A stretch of 38,927 nucleotides of DNA, taken from a virus (Duplodnaviria > Caudoviricetes). Of the stretch, positions 8,495 to 15,704 are shown piece by piece (position 1 is the first letter of the stretch; the number at the start of each line of letters is the position of its first letter). A program made the position numbers and the translations under genes. Under the pieces are notes generated by a model that ran no database searches, was not told the DNA's origin, and saw only the letters and a program-made list of their open reading frames with translations. The stretch lies in IMG/VR virus record IMGVR_UViG_3300033416_000018, positions 1 to 38,927 of that record; one strand, given 5' to 3'.

Positions 8495-8868
8495 GTTGTC
8501 CACGATGCGGTCTAGCGAATGGCGAGTTCTATGGGCATGTCTGCAATGATGTGCCTGTCGGCGGCATGGCGTTGACGTTCTCGCCAACCTGCGCAAAGTG
8601 CGCCCAACTGGAGGCCGAGAACGCGGCGCTGCGGAAAAATCTCGCTATTTCCGAAGGTATAAGCGAACAACTCAACCAAATGGCTGGAAGGGCGCAAGCG
8701 TCGACGCTGGCATTGCTGGCCGAGCGTGACGCCCTCCGCGCCGACCTCACCCGTGCGCGGGCGGTGCTGGACGGGGCGCGTGAGTCTGTCGGTCGGCTAC
8801 TCCCGCACGACAAAACCTACATCATGGTACACCGCGCCGCGTGGCAGGCGTGGACGGAGGCGCAGTGA
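8491..8868 (+). CDS. Zinc-ribbon plus coiled-coil hypothetical protein
   Basis: AAGGAGG RBS, GTGA overlap, CPRC/H.C/CAKC. Confidence 0.55.
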   Translation: MSCPRCGLANGEFYGHVCNDVPVGGMALTFSPTCAKCAQLEAENAALRKNLAISEGISEQLNQMAGRAQASTLALLAERDALRADLTRARAVLDGARESVGRLLPHDKTYIMVHRAAWQAWTEAQ

Positions 8869-9053
8869 TGAAGCCGATCAAGGGCTGGATACTCGTGTGG
8901 AAGGATGGCGAACCCGATCCGGCCGGCAACGAGTATGGACCGCAGTATGCCGTCTACACGGTGCGAACGTCAGCGGTAGCCGACCGCCGTGACATGGCGG
9001 TGGAAAAGAACTGGCGCATTGTCCGTGTCGAGATTCGGGAGGCGCAGCGATGA
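8868..9053 (+). CDS. Hypothetical protein, paralog of the N-terminal part of 8180..8494
   Basis: TGATG overlap, GGAGG RBS; MKP...W and IVRVEIRE motifs. Confidence 0.55.
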   Translation: MKPIKGWILVWKDGEPDPAGNEYGPQYAVYTVRTSAVADRRDMAVEKNWRIVRVEIREAQR

Positions 9054-9430
9054 ACCGGCGCGATTTCCTCAAGGCGCTGGCCGCCATCCCGGTCGGGATC
9101 GCCCTCACCCGCGTCTGCGAGGCGGCATCCGGCGTGCTGCTCGAAGTCTGGTCGGGTGGACGCCTCTGCGCCGTGCGGCAGATCGGGCTATCCGAGAATT
9201 GGACGACGCGGGAACTCACCTTGAGCGAGTCCGAGGTGGCGTCGATCGTTGACTGGCGCGATGTGTCAGTGAAGCTCCGGGCGATCAACGGCGGCACGGC
9301 GGAAGTGGCGTACCTGGAACTGGACACGCCCCCGCCCGCGACATGGCGGGTGCCTCCGCGGTCGCGGCACGCTCGGAAGCGGGATCGGGAGTGGTGGGAG
9401 GGGCGCTCAGCGCATGTTTCCCAAGCCTGA
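9050..9430 (+). CDS. Twin-arginine signal-like protein
   Basis: MNRRDFLKALAA matches the S/N-RRxFLK Tat consensus; GGGAGG RBS. Confidence 0.6.
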   Translation: MNRRDFLKALAAIPVGIALTRVCEAASGVLLEVWSGGRLCAVRQIGLSENWTTRELTLSESEVASIVDWRDVSVKLRAINGGTAEVAYLELDTPPPATWRVPPRSRHARKRDREWWEGRSAHVSQA

Positions 9431-9710
9431 ACCCCGGGCGGTCGCCCGCGCACGCCAGAAGCGGGATCTGCAATTACGCCGTAGGGCCTGCATCCTAGAG
9501 GTATTTCGCCGGGAACTCGGCCGGTGCCAGTCCTGCGGATGCCTCGTGGTGCCATCCTGGGCGCCGGAAGCGAGCCCCTTCAATGTTGGGCATTGTCACG
9601 AACCTCGTCGCCGATCCCGGGGGGCCGATCCGACGAACCCGGCCGAAGTGGTGCTTCTCTGCCCGTCCTGCCACGCCCGCGCGCACACTCGCCGGCAAAC
9701 TCGGCCCTAG
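9414..9710 (+). CDS. HNH endonuclease
   Basis: CQSCG...HCHE...G......V.LC.SCH..AH. Confidence 0.7.
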   Translation: MFPKPEPRAVARARQKRDLQLRRRACILEVFRRELGRCQSCGCLVVPSWAPEASPFNVGHCHEPRRRSRGADPTNPAEVVLLCPSCHARAHTRRQTRP

Positions 9711-9766
9711 AAGCCCCGTCGCGGGCCCTAGCCGCCTCTCAGGGGCGCGATCTCCCTCGCGCGCGA

Positions 9767-10099
9767 CTATCGGGGTTCTTGCAGGCCGTCGGCCCCCTGA
9801 CGGGCGCGTAGCCGTTCCCATCGGACCGTGACCGCGTTCAGCGCGATCTTCCGGCGCTGGTCCTGGCTGAGTGCCTGCTGCCGGGCGCGGTTGGCGACGC
9901 GGGCGGCCTCGCTGGCCCGCGTGCCGTGCTCTAGGGCGCTCGCCAGGCACGCCGGGCAGTACCTGGTGGCCTTCCCTGCCGCGACATCCTCACGCGCGCG
10001 CGACTGCGGGAATACCTGTATGCCGGCGCCGGCCCGTGCGCCACAGTACGCCGCGGTCGATCGGGTCGCGCGAATATGTAGGGGAAAGTGTCTCGGCAT
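9767..10099 (-). CDS. Zinc-finger plus basic RA..LS...RR.IA..A...RW motif protein
   Basis: H..C / CPAC then ANRARQQALSQDQRRKIALNAVTVRW; GAGAGGA RBS. Confidence 0.6.
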   Translation of the reverse strand: MPRHFPLHIRATRSTAAYCGARAGAGIQVFPQSRAREDVAAGKATRYCPACLASALEHGTRASEAARVANRARQQALSQDQRRKIALNAVTVRWERLRARQGADGLQEPR

Positions 10100-10121
10100 G
10101 GTGGTTGTTCCTCTCGTGGCG

Positions 10122-10130
10122 AGTATAGCA
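10122..10130 (-). promoter_or_regulatory. Extended -10 promoter for 10099..9767
   Basis: Minus strand TGcTATACT 22 nt upstream of ATG; poor -35. Confidence 0.5.
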
Positions 10131-10194
10131 CGGCGGGGGCCGATAGACGAAGGGCCAGCCGGCGCCCTGGGCGCGCGCGACTGGCCCCGAACCT

Positions 10195-10407
10195 CTAGCG
10201 CCTGCGGCTGGAACCCGTCTCGGCCCAGCGCGCTTGCCCTGCCTCGATGCGGTCCTCGGCGGCGCGGACTTCGGCGCCTTCCTCGCGGGCCTCTAGCGAC
10301 GCTTGGATCAAGTTCTCATCGGTCACGATGAGCCCGCAGCCGTCCAGGTCGTTGATCAGATCGATCAACTCGTCGATCGTCACTACATGGATCTGGCTTA
10401 TTCGCAT
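10195..10407 (-). CDS. Hypothetical acidic protein
   Basis: GGAGGG RBS; part of leftward operon. Confidence 0.6.
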   Translation of the reverse strand: MRISQIHVVTIDELIDLINDLDGCGLIVTDENLIQASLEAREEGAEVRAAEDRIEAGQARWAETGSSRRR

Positions 10408-10410
10408 GGT

Positions 10411-10626
10411 CTATCCCTCCACTATCTGCGCCTGGTCGACGCCCTCCCGCTGCAACTCATCCGCCCATCGTCGGGCGTCGCTTTTCGTTCCTGTCAGGAC
10501 TTCCGGCGCGTCTGGGTTGTAGCTCCAGGTTGCGCCGCTTGTCACCTTCCACCCCGTTAGCCATACGACGCGCGGCCGGCGTCCCCGATCGGGGAGCACG
10601 CGCGCCGCGATGCGGCAGTGGCTCAT
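10411..10626 (-). CDS. Hypothetical protein
   Basis: AGAGGGG RBS; stop 3 nt before next start. Confidence 0.5.
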   Translation of the reverse strand: MSHCRIAARVLPDRGRRPRVVWLTGWKVTSGATWSYNPDAPEVLTGTKSDARRWADELQREGVDQAQIVEG

Positions 10627-10731
10627 TGTCTGCCCCTCTCTGGCCCCCTGCCTGGGGCCGGCACTCCGTACACGCGCGGCCGATGGGCTCCAGTACCCAA
10701 CGGCCGCAGCTTGGACATCTCCAGCGGTGCA

Positions 10732-11007
10732 TCATCCGACCCGTTTCGCCTGGACACGGGCGCGGTATTCCTCGGGCGTTTCCTGCACGATTCGGATACC
10801 CGGCACGGAGACGATCTGGCCGTGGTCGTCCCGGGGAAACCATCCCTGCTCGCCGGCGTAGCGGTCGCCGTCCTCGATCATGCGGACCGCCGTGACGCGC
10901 CGGCCGCCAATGTCATGCAGCCCGACGTAGACGTTGACGATCGCCCCGTCGATCTCCAGGTGGAGCCCGTCGTATCCTCTCGGGACGGTGATGGTCTTGA
11001 GTTTCAT
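10732..11007 (-). CDS. Hypothetical beta-rich protein
   Basis: GAGGGGG RBS, ATGA overlap, MKLKTITVPRGYDGLHLEIDG... Confidence 0.6.
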   Translation of the reverse strand: MKLKTITVPRGYDGLHLEIDGAIVNVYVGLHDIGGRRVTAVRMIEDGDRYAGEQGWFPRDDHGQIVSVPGIRIVQETPEEYRARVQAKRVG

Positions 11008-11132
11008 CGTGCCCCCCTCAGCCGCTCGATCGCGGCGTCGACGACATCGCACAGGGCGCAGAACGCCCAGAAGAACAACCCGACCGCGGCGGCCAGGATG
11101 AGAAAGTCGAGAATCGAGGCGAGGAAGATCAC
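11004..11132 (-). CDS. Small single-TM protein
   Basis: GTGA overlap; hydrophobic helix. Confidence 0.5.
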   Translation of the reverse strand: MIFLASILDFLILAAAVGLFFWAFCALCDVVDAAIERLRGAR

Positions 11133-11422
11133 TGGTCCCCCTCTCGCGTGTAGCCGTCGAACCACGGCCCGATCGCCGCGGTGCGCCGCTTGCCCGCGGC
11201 CTTTGTGCAAGTGGATGATGAGGTTTCCGGGTCCGAACAGTGGGCGCGGGCCTCGGCGAGCGTGAGCCCCCGCGCGATCGTGCGGCTGCGCCCAGTCGCG
11301 CGGAATACAAACCGCTTGATCATGTAGGGTCCGCGGCATTCATCGCAGCGGGTCGCGCGCGTTTCGCTCATGTGCGGGTTGCCGAACAGCGCGCCGCAGT
11401 CTGGACAGGCGTAGGCGTGCAT
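11129..11422 (-). CDS. Zinc ribbon fused to a conserved small phage domain
   Basis: CPDC/CDEC then RGLTLAEA.AHCSDPETSSSTC...GPWFDGY, recalled from phage early genes. Confidence 0.6.
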   Translation of the reverse strand: MHAYACPDCGALFGNPHMSETRATRCDECRGPYMIKRFVFRATGRSRTIARGLTLAEARAHCSDPETSSSTCTKAAGKRRTAAIGPWFDGYTREGDQ

Positions 11423-11426
11423 GATG

Positions 11427-11654
11427 TCACCCGCGGCCCACAAGGGCATCAATGTCGGCCTGCGGCACTTCGGTTGCGTCCTTTCCGGCCCACTGGTTGA
11501 CATGCTTGGACGTGGTGACACTGTGGCGCGTGGCGGAACGGTAGAATCGGCCCATCCGTTCATAGGCCACGGGCGTTTCGTAGCTGAACAGGACGCGCGT
11601 CCCATCGTTCAGCGTGAGCATGGTCTGGTTCGATCCGATCGGTGTCAATCTCAC
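11427..11654 (-). CDS. Conserved small phage early protein
   Basis: VLFSYETPVA...S.TTSKH.N.W motif; AGAGGGG RBS before GTG. Confidence 0.65.
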   Translation of the reverse strand: MRLTPIGSNQTMLTLNDGTRVLFSYETPVAYERMGRFYRSATRHSVTTSKHVNQWAGKDATEVPQADIDALVGRG

Positions 11655-11691
11655 AGTTGCCCCTCTCATTCTGCGCCCTGCCAGGCGCGGT

Positions 11692-11880
11692 TTACTGGTC
11701 CCCGTCTTCCCGCGGGTACGCCGCGCGCCATAGTGCAGAGTCGTCGCGCTCCTCCGCGCACCCGTCGCAGAGGTACGTCCCGTACTCCTCGCGCCACTCG
11801 GCGCCCTGCGGCCAGCGTGCCAGCCATTCGGCCGGCGTGTCACCGTGAACGTTTACGCAGTCCTCGCAAGCGTGCGGCAT
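11692..11880 (-). CDS. Small zinc-finger protein
   Basis: CEDC...LCDGC; GGAGG RBS. Confidence 0.55.
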   Translation of the reverse strand: MPHACEDCVNVHGDTPAEWLARWPQGAEWREEYGTYLCDGCAEERDDSALWRAAYPREDGDQ

Positions 11881-12076
11881 AGGATGCCTCCGGTTGTTCG
11901 TTCTGGAGAATGGCTTGAGCAACGCGCAGGGCCTCGCGCCTCGTCCGCTCCGCCCCGCGAAACTCCCCATTGATCACAATGAACCACTCGGTAACTAACG
12001 CGGGCCGCACTCGGCCAAACTTATCCTCTCGGCCACCTTCCTGTGTATGCTTCTGTATCTCGATCGTGTCCCGCAT
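11840..12076 (-). CDS. Hypothetical protein
   Basis: GGGAGG RBS before ATG 12076. Confidence 0.55.
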   Translation of the reverse strand: MRDTIEIQKHTQEGGREDKFGRVRPALVTEWFIVINGEFRGAERTRREALRVAQAILQNEQPEASYAARLRGLRKRSR

Positions 12077-12107
12077 TGGTTCCTCCCGGTGTAGTGGACT
12101 CGCGCGA

Positions 12108-12132
12108 AGGGCCGAAGCCAAGCCTCGGCCCC
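12108..12132. terminator. GC hairpin between SpoVG-like gene and downstream genes
   Basis: gggccgaagc-caa-gcctcggccc imperfect stem; short T runs only. Confidence 0.35.
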
Positions 12133-12145
12133 TCTGGTCAGTCCG

Positions 12146-12511
12146 CTAGTCTCGGGTGACGCCAGCCGCTTCGACGTACTGCCCCGCGAGCACGCGGTTG
12201 GTCATGGCGTCGGCGGCTTCGTTCTCCTGGTACTCGTCGAACGCGGCCAGGATGAACTCCCGCAGCCGCTCCTGCGCGGAGGCGTCCACCACGGGGCGCA
12301 ATAGCGCGAACGCGCGCCGCTCCCCGTTCACCGAGTACTGCCGCGCCGGGAACGTCACGTTCCGGCCCCTGCCGTCCTTCCGCTCCCAGATGCCGAAGCC
12401 GATCAGCTTCAGGCCGGCAAGCGTACCGTCCGACTCGCAGAAGTGGATCTCCGCGTCTGCGAGCTTGCCCGGAGGATTCCCCCGGTCGTTCACCGTGAAC
12501 TTGACTACCAT
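12146..12511 (-). CDS. SpoVG-like nucleic-acid-binding protein
   Basis: KLADAEIHF...GLKLIGF.IWE.....NVTFPARQYSVNGERR.F.LLRP...RL...IL.AF resembles the SpoVG/PC4-like pattern; GAGGAG RBS. Confidence 0.6.
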   Translation of the reverse strand: MVVKFTVNDRGNPPGKLADAEIHFCESDGTLAGLKLIGFGIWERKDGRGRNVTFPARQYSVNGERRAFALLRPVVDASAQERLREFILAAFDEYQENEAADAMTNRVLAGQYVEAAGVTRD

Positions 12512-12605
12512 CGTCGTTGCTCCTCTCGCCGGCCTGCCAGCCGGCCATGTTGAGCGCGGTTCGTGCGCTCTGGACTGCCGCGCGGGCAGTCCGCAACGCG
12601 CGAGC

Positions 12606-12719
12606 CTAGTAACCGCGCCACGTGCGCCAAAGGTCGGCGAGCGCCATCGGGAGCGCGATGAGAACCGAGACGCACAGCGCGACCACAATCAGAACGGCAA
12701 ACCCTTCTAGCGGTGTCAT
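12606..12719 (-). CDS. Small single-TM protein
   Basis: ATGA overlap, GAGGGG RBS, hydrophobic helix. Confidence 0.5.
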   Translation of the reverse strand: MTPLEGFAVLIVVALCVSVLIALPMALADLWRTWRGY

Positions 12720-13051
12720 ACGTCCCCCTCTAGCCGCTTCAGCGCGGCGCGCAGGTCCCCGTGGACCCGGGCCAGGATGTTGTCTGCCTGCTGTCGGGCC
12801 TTCCCGACGATCTCCGCGGAGCGCTTCTCGGCGAGCGCCTTCGTCTCCGCGGCCTGCTGCGCAGTGGCCTGCTGTATACGCTCGGCCTCCCGGTATGCTT
12901 CCCACGGGAGCATCGGCGCCGGATAGTAGTCCGACCGGATGCAGTCGGCCAGTTCATGCCGCACGCTGGCAAGCCAGGGGCCGAGATATGAGTCCCGGCC
13001 CAGCTTGCCGATCGCCTCGTCGACGATCGCCAGTTCTGCTGCTTTGGTCAT
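12716..13051 (-). CDS. Coiled-coil protein (DivIVA/ATPase-b-like repeats)
   Basis: A..EA..I...A heptads; GGAGGAG RBS. Confidence 0.65.
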   Translation of the reverse strand: MTKAAELAIVDEAIGKLGRDSYLGPWLASVRHELADCIRSDYYPAPMLPWEAYREAERIQQATAQQAAETKALAEKRSAEIVGKARQQADNILARVHGDLRAALKRLEGDV

Positions 13052-13053
13052 GG

Positions 13054-13263
13054 TTAGCTTCTCCTCCGCTTCCGGCCGTCATACGGCTGGTCGATCAACC
13101 GGGGCTGGCGCCGCGTCTTCGCTGGGCTCGGCCGCTTTTCGTCATCCAGCCACCACGGCCGATCCGCGTCGGCGTCCGTCAGCGTTTCGTCAGCGTCCAG
13201 AACCACGAAGATCCGGCGCGTGGCGTCCTCTTTCTTGTCGTCGTCTCTTTCTTTCCCCGACAT
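13054..13263 (-). CDS. First gene of leftward operon, charged hypothetical protein
   Basis: GGAGG RBS, directly behind consensus promoter. Confidence 0.55.
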   Translation of the reverse strand: MSGKERDDDKKEDATRRIFVVLDADETLTDADADRPWWLDDEKRPSPAKTRRQPRLIDQPYDGRKRRRS

Positions 13264-13281
13264 CAGACACCTCCGCCACAC

Positions 13282-13310
13282 AATATATGCTCGCGCCGCG
13301 AGAATGTCAA
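13282..13310 (-). promoter_or_regulatory. Strong sigma70-type promoter for leftward operon
   Basis: Minus strand TTGACA-17bp-TATATT. Confidence 0.8.
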
Positions 13311-13318
13311 CCCCCCCC

Positions 13319-13348
13319 TTGACCGACCCTCCCGACGGGGCGCATACT
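13319..13348 (+). promoter_or_regulatory. Sigma70-type promoter for terS, probably leaderless
   Basis: TTGACC-18bp-CATACT, 8 nt before ATG 13357, no Shine-Dalgarno. Confidence 0.6.
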
Positions 13349-13356
13349 TCCGCCTG

Positions 13357-14175
13357 ATGGAAACGCCGAAAACTGAAGCGGCCCCAATTCCAACATACGG
13401 AACGACGATAGAAAACCCTGCCATCCCTCCGCCGCGGAACAAGGGCGGCCGGCCGAAGGGCTCGAAGGATAAGACGAAGCGCGCCTCCCCGAACCGCCGC
13501 GCGTCTTTCCGTGAGATGTACGACAACGAGGTGCAGAAGAACGCGCCCCGCATCATCCGCGCCGCCATTCGCCAGGCTACCCGCGGCGACTCTCGCGCCC
13601 TCGTCGACGTCTTGAACCGCGTCCTGGGTCCGCCGAGTCAGCGCCTGGAAGTCACCGGCCCGGGCGGTGCGCCCCTCGCCCTCCAGGCCGCCGCCCCGGT
13701 CGCGCTCGCGCTGATGAGTACCGAGGAACTCCGCGCCCTGCTTGGCCTTCAGCGTCGTCTCGGCCTGCCCGATGTCCAGGTCCAGGCGGTGCGCGATCTC
13801 ATCGAGGCGAGGCCGTCAGACCCCGCCGCGGGCGCCCTCGAGCCGGCCGCCGAACCGGGCCAGATAGAACCCCTCTCTACTTCCTCTCTCCTCGACTCCA
13901 CCTCTCTCCCTCTCCCCGTCCATCCCGACCCCCTCGACCCCGACCAGGACGACCCCTCCGGCCTCCGGCCGGCGACCCCGAACCCCGAACCCGACACCCC
14001 AGCCGGCGACCAGGTGAGCGACGAGGGAGGCGACGAGGGACCCGCGCGCGCCTCCAACCTGCCCGGGCCGGCCGGCGGCGGCCAGGTCGAGGGCGTCGAC
14101 CCTGAACCCGTCCAGGTCGAGGGCGACTCAGGCCCGAATCTAAGCGCGTCATACTCAGATGAGCCCCTTCCATAA
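13357..14175 (+). CDS. terS: Terminase small subunit-like protein with long acidic Pro-rich tail
   Basis: GGRPKGSKDK motif, A..GD..A....L.R.LG.P.Q.LEVTG.GG.PL motif; position upstream of terL. Confidence 0.65.
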   Translation: METPKTEAAPIPTYGTTIENPAIPPPRNKGGRPKGSKDKTKRASPNRRASFREMYDNEVQKNAPRIIRAAIRQATRGDSRALVDVLNRVLGPPSQRLEVTGPGGAPLALQAAAPVALALMSTEELRALLGLQRRLGLPDVQVQAVRDLIEARPSDPAAGALEPAAEPGQIEPLSTSSLLDSTSLPLPVHPDPLDPDQDDPSGLRPATPNPEPDTPAGDQVSDEGGDEGPARASNLPGPAGGGQVEGVDPEPVQVEGDSGPNLSASYSDEPLP

Positions 14176-14241
14176 TCTCTCATCGTCGCGCTTCGTGTCG
14201 CTAAGTCCTGCGCTATCAGTGAGTAGCAAGGAACTAGGCGA

Positions 14242-14269
14242 AGGTAACACAACATACATTATCAGACTG
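14242..14269 (-). other. dif-like XerC/XerD recombination site
   Basis: Minus strand CAGTCTGATAA-TGTATG-TTGTGTTACCT versus E. coli dif GGTGCGCATAA-TGTATA-TTATGTTAAAT; 11-6-11 layout, AT-rich island in non-coding DNA. Confidence 0.7.
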
Positions 14270-14642
14270 CGACCGATAGAGTCGGACATGGCAGGACGCC
14301 GGCCGTCGGCCTCCAGGCGCCCGCTCGCGCGGCGGGGGAGGGGCTGGGGCTGGCGACGAAGCCACTACCCCTCTACCTTCCTCCCCCGCTATTGGCCCTC
14401 TTGGCGTCGTCCCTTTGTCTGTTTTTCGGGGGCGGTTTGTGGACGGGTGGGCTGTCAGGGTGGGGGTGAGGGAGTGGGTTCATGTGGGTGGTGCGGGGTG
14501 GACTTTCGCCTTGTTTATACATTTTCTGCATAGTGGGTTTTCATTGGGAAGTTTATCGATCTTGTACGGGCGGGTACCGGCGTGAAGGCGTGCGAGGGGG
14601 GCGAAAGTCGTGCATAACCCCGGGTCCTTCTAGTGGTGAGGG

Positions 14643-14837
14643 GTGAGTATGGCGTCATCCAAGCTGGTCTATGACGGGGAGTGGGTGCGAGTTCGGAACA
14701 TGATGAACAAGCGGTTTACCGCGTCAGATCCGCGGTGCGAGTGGTGTCTCCGGCTCACCTGTGACGTGGTGTGGCTGAGTATCAAGACGCATCGTGTGCG
14801 CTGTCGGCGGTGTTTCACGCCGAAGCAGGCCAAGTGA
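14643..14837 (+). CDS. Small zinc-finger protein coupled to the terminase nuclease gene
   Basis: CEWC...CRRC; TGATG overlap at 14835-14839. Confidence 0.55.
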   Translation: MSMASSKLVYDGEWVRVRNMMNKRFTASDPRCEWCLRLTCDVVWLSIKTHRVRCRRCFTPKQAK

Positions 14838-15598
14838 TGGACGCGGCTCTTTCCCGCTACACGGTGATGGCGTCGTGGGACGACTGCCCGCATTTGGATG
14901 CGGAGGCGAAGGCGGAGTTGCTGGCGGAGTATCCGCTGTTTCAGCGGGAGGCGCGGTCGAAGGGGATTCCGGCCCTTGGAAGCGGGACGATCTACCCGGT
15001 GCCGGAGGGGGAGATCCGGTGTGCGCCGTTCTCGATACCGGAGCATTGGCCTCGGTGCTTCGGGCTGGACACGGATGCGGGGGCGGGGTGGACGGCGTGT
15101 GTCTGGTTGGCCTGGGACCGGGAGGCGAACGTCGGGTATGTGTATGACTGCTTCAAGCGGAGCCACGCGGAACCGGCGGTGACGATCGAGGCGGTCAGGG
15201 CGCGGGGGGTGTGGATTCCTGGGGTGGCGGATGCGGCGGGGTTGGCGGTGACGCAGCACGACTCGGAGCAGGTGATTGCGATCTTGCGGCAGGGGGGCCT
15301 GGACGTCTCGTTGCCCGACAAGGCGGTGGAGGCGGGGATCCAGACGGTCTGGGAGTTGATGTCGGGGGGCCGGTTGCGGGTGTTCTCGAACTGCGCGCCG
15401 TGGTTCGACGAGGTGCGGTTGTACCGGAGAGATGACAGGGGTCGGGTGGTGAAGAAGGACGACCATCTGATGGACGCAACGCGGTATGCGGTACGGAGTG
15501 GCCGGGAGCGGATGCGGACGAAGCCGGGGATGCCGAAGACGACGGCGGAGCAGACGATCTACGACCCGCGGACAGCGGGGGTGCGGTGGATGCAGTAA
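14837..15598 (+). CDS. terL: Terminase large subunit, C-terminal part (ATPase lid plus RNase H-like nuclease)
   Basis: SWDDCPHL..E.K..L..YP..REAR.KGIP.LGSG.IYP, GLD, VE.GI......M..GRL.VF..C..WF.E.RLY.RD..G..VK..D...DA.RY align by eye with the P22 gp2 C-terminal half. Confidence 0.9.
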   Translation: MDAALSRYTVMASWDDCPHLDAEAKAELLAEYPLFQREARSKGIPALGSGTIYPVPEGEIRCAPFSIPEHWPRCFGLDTDAGAGWTACVWLAWDREANVGYVYDCFKRSHAEPAVTIEAVRARGVWIPGVADAAGLAVTQHDSEQVIAILRQGGLDVSLPDKAVEAGIQTVWELMSGGRLRVFSNCAPWFDEVRLYRRDDRGRVVKKDDHLMDATRYAVRSGRERMRTKPGMPKTTAEQTIYDPRTAGVRWMQ

Positions 15599-15611
15599 GA
15601 AGGAGGGTGTG

Positions 15612-15701
15612 ATGAAGGGGAAGGGCGCGAAGTCGGAGAAGGGCGAGTCGAAGAAGCACGAGCGGGCGGAGAAGGGCAAGGGCGGGAAGGCGGGGTGCTG
15701 A
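15612..15701 (+). CDS. 29-aa Lys/Gly-rich peptide
   Basis: AAGGAGG RBS; MKGKGAKSEKGESKKHERAEKGKGGKAGC. Confidence 0.55.
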   Translation: MKGKGAKSEKGESKKHERAEKGKGGKAGC

Positions 15702-15704
15702 GCG

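Noticed and set aside
11643-11662. Fourth TGTCAA-N8-TTG palindrome
   Set aside because: Right half (TTGCCC) is degenerate and it overlaps a start codon; may be chance
12622-13356. Long N-terminal extension of the 517-aa ORF
   Set aside because: Overlaps minus-strand genes and promoters; low-complexity shadow frame; real start taken as ATG 13357
14159-14533. 124-aa ORF across the terS-terL gap
   Set aside because: No RBS, atypical composition, overlaps dif-like site and G-runs; treated as non-coding
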